Source of the DNA: a virus
Strand: one strand, 5' to 3'
Virus record (IMG/VR): IMGVR_UViG_3300046170_000505
Length of the DNA stretch: 64,000 nt
Shown here: positions 42,745 through 51,871 of the stretch, one piece after another
How the letters are laid out: each line of letters begins with the position of its first letter
Numbering within the stretch: position 1 is the stretch's first letter
Program-made: the position numbers and the translations under genes
Notes under the pieces: generated by a model
What the model saw: only the letters and a program-made list of their open reading frames with translations
What the model was told of the DNA's origin: nothing
Databases searched by the model: none

Positions 42745-42935
42745 TATTTCTTTTTCTTGTTGATTTCTTTTTTTAGTTGAGCGTATACTTTCTCAACCTC
42801 ACCTTCTTTAAGTAAATCAGAAGGAGCCTTGCTGCCCAAAGCTTTATTTGCAGTTTTTAACCACTGCGTAGCGCTATAAGAAGGCATACTCTTTGCCAAC
42901 AGATGAAGAACGTCGTATTTAGATAAATTAGGCAT
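42744..42935 (-). CDS. Xre/MbcA/ParS antitoxin toxin-binding domain (DUF2384-like), orphan
   Basis: A..WL..AN.ALG..AP.DLL..G....V...L pattern. Confidence 0.7.
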   Translation of the reverse strand: MPNLSKYDVLHLLAKSMPSYSATQWLKTANKALGSKAPSDLLKEGEVEKVYAQLKKEINKKKK

Positions 42936-42992
42936 TTATATATTATATTACACCAAAGTCAGTGTATTTATATTTATAACCAATAAAAAATT

Positions 42993-43715
42993 ATGGGACG
43001 TAAAAAATCTACCCCTGACATAGAGTCAATCGCAGAAAATTCCTTAAGATCTAAAATAATAGTAAAAGGAAAAGAATTAACAGAAAAACAAAAGACTTTT
43101 TTAAAAATTGCATGCGACAAAGAAACAAGTGTTATGTTTGTAAACGGACCTGCGGGTTCGACAAAAACTTATATGGCAGTTTTTGCTGCACTAAGGCTTT
43201 TGCAAAAAAACTATGACCTTGACCTACTTTATGTAAGAAGCGTGATAGAAAGCGCGGATAAAGGCTTAGGAGCCTTGCCAGGGACTCTTGAGGAAAAGTT
43301 TAATCCTTACATGGCTCCCCTCGAAGACAAACTGACAGAATTGTTACCCAAAACAAGTACGGTAAAAAGTGACCTATTAGATTCTGGGAGAATACAGGCT
43401 ATGCCAATAAACTTTTTAAGAGGGGCAAATTGGATAGATAAAATTGTAGTAGCTGATGAATCTCAAAATTTCACATTCAAAGAATTGACCACCCTAATAA
43501 CCAGAATTGGAGAAAATAGTAAGTTATTTATTTGTGGTGACATTATGCAAAGCGACATCAATGGAAGAAGTGGCTTTAAAGATATGATTAATTTATTCAA
43601 AGATTCAGAAAGTAAATCCAAAGGAATACATTATTTTCAATTTAATGAAGATGATATCTTTAGAAGTGAGATACTTAAGTATATAATAAAGAAACTTAAA
43701 ACTTGTAATAATTAA
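42993..43715 (+). CDS. phoH: PhoH-like ATPase
   Basis: GPAGSTKT, LGALPG, FLRG, DESQN, TRIGENSK and GD..QSD motifs. Confidence 0.93.
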   Translation: MGRKKSTPDIESIAENSLRSKIIVKGKELTEKQKTFLKIACDKETSVMFVNGPAGSTKTYMAVFAALRLLQKNYDLDLLYVRSVIESADKGLGALPGTLEEKFNPYMAPLEDKLTELLPKTSTVKSDLLDSGRIQAMPINFLRGANWIDKIVVADESQNFTFKELTTLITRIGENSKLFICGDIMQSDINGRSGFKDMINLFKDSESKSKGIHYFQFNEDDIFRSEILKYIIKKLKTCNN

Positions 43716-43717
43716 TT

Positions 43718-44341
43718 ATGGAAGGATTATATATAGTCATATCTGCTCTTATTGGTGCAATCGCTACAGTAGCAAGCGTATTTTTACGTCAACAATTTTC
43801 TAAATCAAAAAGCAGAGACCCTATTTTAACTGAGCATCAAAACAGCGACAATATTTATACGGCGCTGAATTTCATTATGGAACAAATGGGGGCAGACAGA
43901 GCGTATATCTTTCAATTTCATAACGGCTCTTACTATATGTCAGGAAGAAGTCAGCAAAAATTTAGCTGCACTCATGAAACAACTACTCAAGGGGTAAGCA
44001 GAGAGTCAGGTTATTCACAAAATCACATAGTATCCAACTATCACGAATATATCGACAGTATTGTTAAAGATGAATGTTTTTCATTTCAAACTGCCGAAGA
44101 AGTTGGAGATCATGCTTTTGGAGCTTTAATGAAAGCCAAAGGGGTGCAAAGTATTTATAATATACCAGTTAAAACTTTAAATAATAAAATAATAGGAATT
44201 CTAGGCGTTGATTATGTTAAAAAATGCGTTAAAGATTCTGACTTTAGCGTATGCAACGTAGACCATGCAGAAAAATTCTGTGAAGAAACCAATGAGTTTA
44301 TGAGAAGACAAGCCAGAATCATCGCAGGTTATTTAGTTTAA
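43718..44341 (+). CDS. Holin candidate (single N-terminal TM helix plus GAF-like domain, T4 gpt-like architecture)
   Basis: Hydrophobic N-terminal helix, ADRAYIFQFHNG and IGILGVDY motifs. Confidence 0.5.
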   Translation: MEGLYIVISALIGAIATVASVFLRQQFSKSKSRDPILTEHQNSDNIYTALNFIMEQMGADRAYIFQFHNGSYYMSGRSQQKFSCTHETTTQGVSRESGYSQNHIVSNYHEYIDSIVKDECFSFQTAEEVGDHAFGALMKAKGVQSIYNIPVKTLNNKIIGILGVDYVKKCVKDSDFSVCNVDHAEKFCEETNEFMRRQARIIAGYLV

Positions 44342-44380
44342 AATTGATTTTTAATACATTTATTTTTAATATAAAGGTAT

Positions 44381-44695
44381 ATGCAATTTATATACTGTAC
44401 TGAATGCGGCTCGAAGAACGTTTATTCTGGATCGAAGCCTAAATTTTGCTCTTCTTGCGGTCACCCTATGGGTACAACAAGTTCTACAAAAAATAATAAT
44501 TTAAATAAAGAAGCTATCGTGCAAACAAAAGCTTCATTGGCGGAAAATGAAACGGATATCGATTATGTGCCATCAATAAGCTCGTTACAATACGAAATTA
44601 GTGATGACGGGACCCTAGGTAGTAAGACAATTAACGTCGGAGACATATTTAATGCCCAGGAAGCCAGCCAAAAAAGAAGACGCCCCTCAAGGTAA
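44381..44695 (+). CDS. Zinc-ribbon protein
   Basis: CTECG...KFCSSCG. Confidence 0.7.
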   Translation: MQFIYCTECGSKNVYSGSKPKFCSSCGHPMGTTSSTKNNNLNKEAIVQTKASLAENETDIDYVPSISSLQYEISDDGTLGSKTINVGDIFNAQEASQKRRRPSR

Positions 44696-45401
44696 TAAAT
44701 TAAAATACGAGGACTTCTCCGACTTAATAGATCAAGAATTAAGGAAAAGGAGCAGGAATTGGTTTTTAACCTCTGTTAATTGGGTTGACTTTGATGATGT
44801 GTCTCAAATAATTAGGGCTCACATAAATAATAAATGGCATCAATGGGATCAATCTAGACCAATTAAACCATGGCTTAATAAAATAATAGCCAATCAAATG
44901 AAAAACATCTTGCGTAATCATTACAGTAATTACGCCAGACCCTGCTTAAATTGTCCATTCAATTCAGACGTAGAATACAATCTCTGTAGCTTTACTGAAA
45001 GCGGTACACAAGACAAAACTTGCCCGCTTTACGCTAAATGGGAATCTTCTAAAAAACACGCTTATAATGTTAAAATAACACTTCACCTGGATAGCCACAT
45101 TCACGAAGTCGATCAAGGGTCTGAACATTTCTTGGGGTCTGACATAGCTTTAGCTTCAGAAAAATTATTTAAAGAAATGGAGAACGTTCTTAACGAAAGA
45201 CAATATAAAGCATTTAAAATGTTATATATAGAAAACAAAACAGACGAAGAAGTAGCTCATGAAATGGGCTTTAAAAGCACGGAGTCTGGAAGAAAAGCAG
45301 GTTATAAACAAATAAAGAACTTAAGAAAGATGCTAAAAGATAAAGCGGCAAAAATATTAAAAAACAAAGGAATAACCTTTTTAGGCGATGAATCTAACTG
45401 A
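44652..45401 (+). CDS. Phage ECF-like RNA polymerase sigma factor
   Basis: Region 2-like DDVSQ......KW..WD..R....WL..I..N...N..R and region 4 HTH L.ERQ......Y......EEVA.EMG, with a Cys-rich insert between them. Confidence 0.75.
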   Translation: MPRKPAKKEDAPQGNKLKYEDFSDLIDQELRKRSRNWFLTSVNWVDFDDVSQIIRAHINNKWHQWDQSRPIKPWLNKIIANQMKNILRNHYSNYARPCLNCPFNSDVEYNLCSFTESGTQDKTCPLYAKWESSKKHAYNVKITLHLDSHIHEVDQGSEHFLGSDIALASEKLFKEMENVLNERQYKAFKMLYIENKTDEEVAHEMGFKSTESGRKAGYKQIKNLRKMLKDKAAKILKNKGITFLGDESN

Positions 45402-46437
45402 CGAACAAAAACAAACAATAAGGGATAACTTTAAATCAAACCCCGATCTACTTGAACTAACTAGGTTAGTATTTCAGAACGATTCAATTGATGGCAGAAG
45501 CAGAGAAGGTAGAGCTGTAAGAGAATTTTTATCAGAAGAGAAGCTGGAATACCAAACGAGGTTTAGAGAGAAGGTTGAAGATATAGAGCTAACAGACGAG
45601 CAAGAAGAATTCATTAAAGCTCAAGCTCAAAACGGTTTAAGCGCTTACCAAATAGCTGAAATACTGTTTCCAGATATACGTATTATTCGTTTCTGTAAAC
45701 AACACCATACTATCCTTGATTTTCTAAGAGAATATGAACCCGCTTTTGTTCATGAAACAGAGACTGCTGTTAATCGCACATACGTACCTCCAAAGATTTT
45801 TACCACAGCTTTCAATAAGATTAATGAATTCACAATGAAAGGTTTGTCCGAAGATAAATTATCTTACGAAGATACCGAATGTATTGAGTCTTTAATGAGA
45901 AGTTTATCGGCGCCAAGATTCATACAAGTAATCAGTAATTATAACAACATGAAAGATAGAGAGTTATTTGAAGCTGAGTTTATAAGAGCTACATGGGATA
46001 AACCAGATTTAACAAGCGATGAAATTAATCTTTATATTAATGTTTGTGTCGATTATATTAATTTAAAAAATATTACGGGGCACATTGAAAAACTAAATAC
46101 AATGTTTAATGAAGTCGAAGATCAACAAGATATGACTGTGCGCCTCGCAGAAGTCTTAAAGTCGAAGACCGATGAGTACGATAAGTGCGAGAAAAGAATG
46201 GAATCTTTAATTAAGAAATTAAATGGTGATAGAGCTGAGCGTTTAAAGAACAGGGGAAAAGAAAACGCGACCATTGTTTCTTTAGTAAAGAACTTCCAAG
46301 CAGAGCATGAAAGACGCAGAATGATCGAATTAGCAGAGATGCAAAAAAAATTAGTTGAAGAAGAGACAACTAGACTTGATAATATGGATAGCTGGAAAGC
46401 AAAAATATTAGGAATATCAAAACACGACGCCACATGA
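45388..46437 (+). CDS. Hypothetical helical/coiled-coil protein (possible terminase small subunit)
   Basis: Upstream of TerL with a C-terminal coiled coil; the function is inferred from position only. Confidence 0.4.
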   Translation: MNLTDEQKQTIRDNFKSNPDLLELTRLVFQNDSIDGRSREGRAVREFLSEEKLEYQTRFREKVEDIELTDEQEEFIKAQAQNGLSAYQIAEILFPDIRIIRFCKQHHTILDFLREYEPAFVHETETAVNRTYVPPKIFTTAFNKINEFTMKGLSEDKLSYEDTECIESLMRSLSAPRFIQVISNYNNMKDRELFEAEFIRATWDKPDLTSDEINLYINVCVDYINLKNITGHIEKLNTMFNEVEDQQDMTVRLAEVLKSKTDEYDKCEKRMESLIKKLNGDRAERLKNRGKENATIVSLVKNFQAEHERRRMIELAEMQKKLVEEETTRLDNMDSWKAKILGISKHDAT

Positions 46438-46949
46438 AAAAAATAGAATTATTAGTAGGAGATTATGAATACTCTCAAATAGAAGAAATATTTGAGAATG
46501 AACCAGACTTTGAACCAATAACAGAAAAAGATCAAGTTATTATTGCTACATTAAAACAAGTAATAAATAAAAACAATCTTAAAGAAGAAAATGTTGGCGG
46601 CCAAGAGACTTACCAAACAACAGTTAAAAAGATCATCGAACCAGAAAACAAATCCCTTAGTGAAGGAAACGTAGATTTTAAATTATGATTACTAAACAAG
46701 ACGAAGAAAAGATTATCGAAGGAATTGCTAACGCAAATCTTAACTCTCTCAACATTAATGGATTGCTTGAGGCGGCTAAGTTTTATTCAATTACTCTTGC
46801 TAAAAATTCTGTTTCAGAAATGAGTGAAGAAAAAAAGCAAGAAGTATATGATAAAATGTTAAAGAGCGAAGCCGCTCAGAAAAAAGCAGACGAAGCTGCT
46901 GCCGAAAACCCAGAAGACGGGCCACAGGTAGTAGAAGAGAGCTTAGAAG

Positions 46950-47906
46950 CTGAGCCAGTCTCCTGAACGTGTTATATGCAAGGTATGCCAGAAATCGTTT
47001 AAAAACGACAAAGGCCTTCATTTGCATCTTTCCAGGATTCACAAGATTCCTGCGGCTGAATATTACGTAAATTTCTACCAGCGTAAAGATAAACACACTG
47101 GCGAGTTTCTTCCTTTTTGCGGTAAGGGACCAACCTTTGTTGAGAAAGGCGTTTATTTTAATACGGATTTTTCTTGCTTAGATAATTTCTATGCGTGGGC
47201 CGAATATGCCCCAAAAGAAGAAGTAAAAGATTATTTAATTAATCAATTAAAATTTAGGATAAATTCTAAAAGTCTTTCTTTTGCCCCTTCTTACTTAGAG
47301 CTTTTATTGCATGACCTACCTAGTTTAAATACTTATAAAAAATTCTTTGGTTCTTATTCCAAAGCATGCTCTTTGGCTGACGCCGAACCATTATTTAATA
47401 AAAAATTATTTAAAAACTTTTTTGAACCTAACGAAAACGTAGACTCAGCAAAGATCCTTATTGACACTCGAGAAAAGAAACCGTTATCTTTCGATAAGTC
47501 TGCATCAATGAAACTTGATTTCGGAGACTATGCTGTAGGGTCTCCGCACTACGATTATACTTATGTTGACCGAAAGAGCGAAACAGACTTCAAGAGCACG
47601 ATGACCATGGGTTATGATCGCTTCAACCGTGAAATGGAAAGGGCTATGGAATTCGATTCTTACTTGTTTATTGTGGTCGAAAGCTCTATAGAAGATATAA
47701 AGCACAATAATATTTATGGCCCCCGAGAATCAAACCTTTCTTTTATTTGGCATAACATGCGCCTACTAACACATAATTTCCCAAGAAAATGCCAATTCAT
47801 TTTCAGTGGAGGAAGGGAAGAGTCTGAGTGGCTGATTCCCAAGCTTTTGGTTTACGGAAAAAAACTGTGGTCTGTCGATATGCAATATTTCTTAGATAAT
47901 CGATGA
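46950..47906 (+). CDS. C2H2 zinc finger plus ERCC4/XPF-type nuclease
   Basis: IDTREK, GDY, DRKS and FIVVE motifs; in-frame CKVC-x12-H-x4-H begins upstream of the track start. Confidence 0.75.
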   Translation: MSQSPERVICKVCQKSFKNDKGLHLHLSRIHKIPAAEYYVNFYQRKDKHTGEFLPFCGKGPTFVEKGVYFNTDFSCLDNFYAWAEYAPKEEVKDYLINQLKFRINSKSLSFAPSYLELLLHDLPSLNTYKKFFGSYSKACSLADAEPLFNKKLFKNFFEPNENVDSAKILIDTREKKPLSFDKSASMKLDFGDYAVGSPHYDYTYVDRKSETDFKSTMTMGYDRFNREMERAMEFDSYLFIVVESSIEDIKHNNIYGPRESNLSFIWHNMRLLTHNFPRKCQFIFSGGREESEWLIPKLLVYGKKLWSVDMQYFLDNR

Positions 47907-49777
47907 CCTGGGAAGTAGGAAAGTATAATCCGATTAAGGCAGAAGATTCGGTCAACGATCAACTGCTTAAACTTAAAGGGCATCTTGACGAGCAAGATGC
48001 CAAATATAATCTACATAATTTTCTTAAAGAAAATATTACTTTTACAACTAATTTATTGTCGGGGGTAGAATTATTTCCTTTTCAACACTTGGCAATTAAA
48101 TCGATGCTCGAAACGGATTATTTTTTAGGGATTTGGAGCCGTGGTATGTCCAAGTCTTTTAGCACTGCTATATACGCTTTTCTAGACGCAATCTTCAACC
48201 AAGGAGTTCAGATAGGTATTCTTGCTGCAACATTCAGGCAGTCAAAAATGATATTTGAAAAAATAGAAGATATCGCAAGCAAACCAGAAGCACAGTTTTT
48301 ATCTCAATGTATTACAAAAAAATCCAAGAAAAACGACCAATGGACTTTAGAAATCGGAGAGTCTAAAATAATTGCTTTGCCACTTGGTGATGGTTCTAAA
48401 CTTCGTGGATTCAGGTTTCATAGAATTATTATAGACGAGTTTCTTTTAATGCCTGAGCATATTTACAATGAGGTTATACTTCCATTCTTAAGTGTTGTTC
48501 AGAATCCAACCGAAAGGGAAAAGGTGAGAAAACTTGAGGATCAATTGATCGCTCAAGGGAAAATGGAAGAGAAAGACAGGTATGTCTGGCCTAACAATAA
48601 ATTAATAGCTTTATCTTCTGCAAGTTATAAGTTTGAATATTTATATAAGGTATATGAGACATTTGAGGATCTTATTGTTAATGGAGTGCCTCCTGGCTCA
48701 AAAGATACCTCTAGAAGGGTAATCATGCATTTGAGTTATGATGTTGCTCCTAAAGCTCTGTACGATCAAAATTTAATCAATCAATCTAAGCAGACCATGA
48801 GTCAGTCTCAGTTTGACAGAGAGTTTAATGCTATTTTTACTGATGACAGTTCTGGCTACTTTAAAACCTCTACTATGGCCGCTTGCACAATAAGTGAAGG
48901 AGATGCTCCTCATATGGAGGTAGCTGGAGAAAGAGATTCTAAATATTTGCTTGCTTTTGACCCCAGTTGGGCAGAAAGCGAAAGTTCAGATGATTTTGCT
49001 ATACAAGTTTTTAAATTAAACGATAATACTAAAACTGGAACGCTTGTTCATAGCTACGCAGTCCCTGGATTAAAAATGCAAGATCATATAAATTACTTTC
49101 ATTACATACTAAGTAATTTTAATATTGTTTTTATAATTGGAGACTATGGTGGAGGTGTACAGTTTTTACAGGCTGCAAATGCTAGTGAAAAGTTTAATCA
49201 ATCAAAAATCAAAATCGAAGAAATAGGTGTTGAATTTGATGATCTGGAAAACTATCAAAAGGTTTTGGTGGAAGCTAAAAACGCTTATAATTTGAAAGAA
49301 AGAAAGATTTGTGTACTTAGAAAGCCAAGTTCTGATTGGATAAGAAGAGCCAATGAACTTTTACAGGCAAACTTTGATCATAAAAAAATATGGTTCGGCT
49401 CGAGACCTTTAGATGAAAACTATCACAAGCAAGTAAAAAAAGACATACCTATTAACGATTTGATATTTATGCCCAACCAAAAAGAATTACTAAAAGGGTC
49501 GGGGACTTCAAAGATAATTGACTTTATAGACCATCAATATGATATGGTAAACTATACCAAAAATCAATGCGCATTAATACAAGTTTCAGCTTCTCCACAA
49601 GGAACTCAAACATTTGGGCTACCTCCGAGCTTAAGAAGACAGAGCGGCCCGAATAAAACAAGAAAAGACTCTTATTCCGCTTTTGTTCTTGGTAACTGGA
49701 TGATTAAAACTTATTACGATTTTATGGATGCCGAAAGTTCTCCTACAGAAAGTACTTTTATTCCCTACATGGTTTAA
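47903..49777 (+). CDS. terL: Terminase large subunit
   Basis: Walker A-like SRGMSKS, LRG.R, Walker B IIIDE, RNase H-like AFDPS and late KD motif. Confidence 0.9.
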   Translation: MTWEVGKYNPIKAEDSVNDQLLKLKGHLDEQDAKYNLHNFLKENITFTTNLLSGVELFPFQHLAIKSMLETDYFLGIWSRGMSKSFSTAIYAFLDAIFNQGVQIGILAATFRQSKMIFEKIEDIASKPEAQFLSQCITKKSKKNDQWTLEIGESKIIALPLGDGSKLRGFRFHRIIIDEFLLMPEHIYNEVILPFLSVVQNPTEREKVRKLEDQLIAQGKMEEKDRYVWPNNKLIALSSASYKFEYLYKVYETFEDLIVNGVPPGSKDTSRRVIMHLSYDVAPKALYDQNLINQSKQTMSQSQFDREFNAIFTDDSSGYFKTSTMAACTISEGDAPHMEVAGERDSKYLLAFDPSWAESESSDDFAIQVFKLNDNTKTGTLVHSYAVPGLKMQDHINYFHYILSNFNIVFIIGDYGGGVQFLQAANASEKFNQSKIKIEEIGVEFDDLENYQKVLVEAKNAYNLKERKICVLRKPSSDWIRRANELLQANFDHKKIWFGSRPLDENYHKQVKKDIPINDLIFMPNQKELLKGSGTSKIIDFIDHQYDMVNYTKNQCALIQVSASPQGTQTFGLPPSLRRQSGPNKTRKDSYSAFVLGNWMIKTYYDFMDAESSPTESTFIPYMV

Positions 49778-49839
49778 AGTTAAAAGTTGACTTTAGACTT
49801 TAAAAGTAGACTTTAGTCGACTTTGGTGTAATATTATTT

Positions 49840-51843
49840 ATGCCAAGACAATACACCAAGCGATCTGATTACTGGAATAAGTTTAGTCAAGCCGAACAAA
49901 GCCCTTCTAATTTAGAAGACGTCTTAAAAAACTCTCAAGAAGAAATAATTCCAGCAAGCGCTGGAGAAGCTTACTATACAGAAGCCTCATGCGTAACTAG
50001 AAACGTAGGTCAGGTTGATCAAGAAGGAGCGAGTAGGTCTAGAAGAAACAGGGCTCCTGTAGCCAAAAAGCCAAACTCTTTCGCAAACATAGAAGCATTA
50101 AAACTACCATACGAATATTCAAAGGGTTTTGTGTCGCCAAGGCATTCTATACATATGTGTCAAAAAGCATATGCAAATGTCCCTATATTTCGTAATGCAA
50201 TTGATGTTATGGCAGAGTTTTCCAACTCTGATATTTATCTAGAAGGAGGCTCTGAGAAATCTAAACAATTTATAGAAAAGTGGCTCCATAGAATAGAATC
50301 ATGGAAATTAAAAGATCAATATTTTAGAGAGTATTATAGATCTGGAAATGTTTTTATTTACAAGATAGATGGAAAGTTTACTTCTGAAGACTTGATTAAA
50401 ATGAATCAAATCTATGGCGCGGAGTCTTTTGTCCCAGGAAGAAGGATTCCTATTAAATATGTTTTTCTTAATCCTTATGATTTTGTAGCTGATAGAACTT
50501 TAAATTTTGGAGAAAAAAATGGCGTATATAAAAAACTTTTAAGTGAATACGATATCGAAAGATTAAAAAATCCTCAGACAGAATACGACAAAGAAGTTTT
50601 TGACGCTTTACCCCCTGAAGCAAAAGAAAAAATAAAAGAAGGCGGATACCTTAAAGATGGAATAAAAATATACCTTGATCCTAAAAAACTTGTTTTCTCT
50701 TTTTATAAAAAACAGGATTATGAACCATTTGCTATTCCTTTTGGATTTTCAGTGCTTGACGATATCAACTGGAAAATGGAACTTAAAAAAGTTGATCAGG
50801 CTATTACAAGAACGATTGAGAACGTTATCCTGTTAGTCACAATGGGTAACACTCCAGACAAAGGAGGGGTAAACCCAAATAATTTAAAAGCCATGCAACA
50901 GCTTTTTCAAAACGAAAGCATCGGCAGGGCATTGATAGCTGATTATACAACTAAAGCAGAATTTATTATTCCTGATTTAAATAAAGTTCTTGGCGCCTCT
51001 AAATATCAAATAGTGAATGAAGACATTAAGGAAGGCCTTCAAAACATAATCGTAGGAAAAGAGAATTATTCTAGTACCCAAGTTAAAGCTCAAATTTTTC
51101 TTGAAAGATTAAAAGAAGCTCGCAACGCATTTCTTAATGATGTATTACAACCTCAAATAAAAGAAGTATGCAAAATCATGGGCTTCAGAACTTTTCCTCA
51201 AGCTAAGTTTGTAGAGATTGATATTAAAGATGAAGTTCAATTACAACGCGTCACCTCAAGATTAATAGAAATGGGAATTATAACCCCAGAACAAGGAATG
51301 ACTGCTTTAAAACAGGGAGTTTATCCTGACCCCAAAGATCTCAAAGTTGCACAAGAGCAATTTGTTGAAGATAGAGAAAAAGGATATTACACCCCACTAA
51401 CAGTTGCGCAACCAATATTACCAGATGACGCCCCTGCTCCCGCACAAAAGCCAAAAGTTCCAGGGGAAACTGGTAGGCCAGCTGGAACAAATACTAATAC
51501 CGATAAAATCTTTGCGCAAGACACTCACAGTAGAAAAGATATTCAAAGCGTTATATACAAGATAGAAGATTTAAGAAAATATTCAGAATCTTCTTTAAAA
51601 AAACAATACAACAAGAAAAGATTATCTAAACAGCAAAAAGAAATGCTTGATGATTTAACTCAAAGCGTTGTTATGTCTAAACAAATAGAAAACTGGGAAA
51701 GCACTATAGAAGCATGCATAAAAGACTTTAATAATATAGAAAGTCTTGATGTAATGAATAATGTTTTAGAAGTTGGAGAAAAACATGAACTTGTTTCTTA
51801 TCCCGCCGCTATACTTTATCACAGTAAAAAAATAAATAAATAA
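49840..51843 (+). CDS. Portal protein
   Basis: Follows TerL, 667 aa; AY..VPIFRNAID.MA and Y..GN..IY patterns. Confidence 0.8.
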   Translation: MPRQYTKRSDYWNKFSQAEQSPSNLEDVLKNSQEEIIPASAGEAYYTEASCVTRNVGQVDQEGASRSRRNRAPVAKKPNSFANIEALKLPYEYSKGFVSPRHSIHMCQKAYANVPIFRNAIDVMAEFSNSDIYLEGGSEKSKQFIEKWLHRIESWKLKDQYFREYYRSGNVFIYKIDGKFTSEDLIKMNQIYGAESFVPGRRIPIKYVFLNPYDFVADRTLNFGEKNGVYKKLLSEYDIERLKNPQTEYDKEVFDALPPEAKEKIKEGGYLKDGIKIYLDPKKLVFSFYKKQDYEPFAIPFGFSVLDDINWKMELKKVDQAITRTIENVILLVTMGNTPDKGGVNPNNLKAMQQLFQNESIGRALIADYTTKAEFIIPDLNKVLGASKYQIVNEDIKEGLQNIIVGKENYSSTQVKAQIFLERLKEARNAFLNDVLQPQIKEVCKIMGFRTFPQAKFVEIDIKDEVQLQRVTSRLIEMGIITPEQGMTALKQGVYPDPKDLKVAQEQFVEDREKGYYTPLTVAQPILPDDAPAPAQKPKVPGETGRPAGTNTNTDKIFAQDTHSRKDIQSVIYKIEDLRKYSESSLKKQYNKKRLSKQQKEMLDDLTQSVVMSKQIENWESTIEACIKDFNNIESLDVMNNVLEVGEKHELVSYPAAILYHSKKINK

Positions 51844-51871
51844 AAAGTTTTTTCCGTGTAATATATATTTT

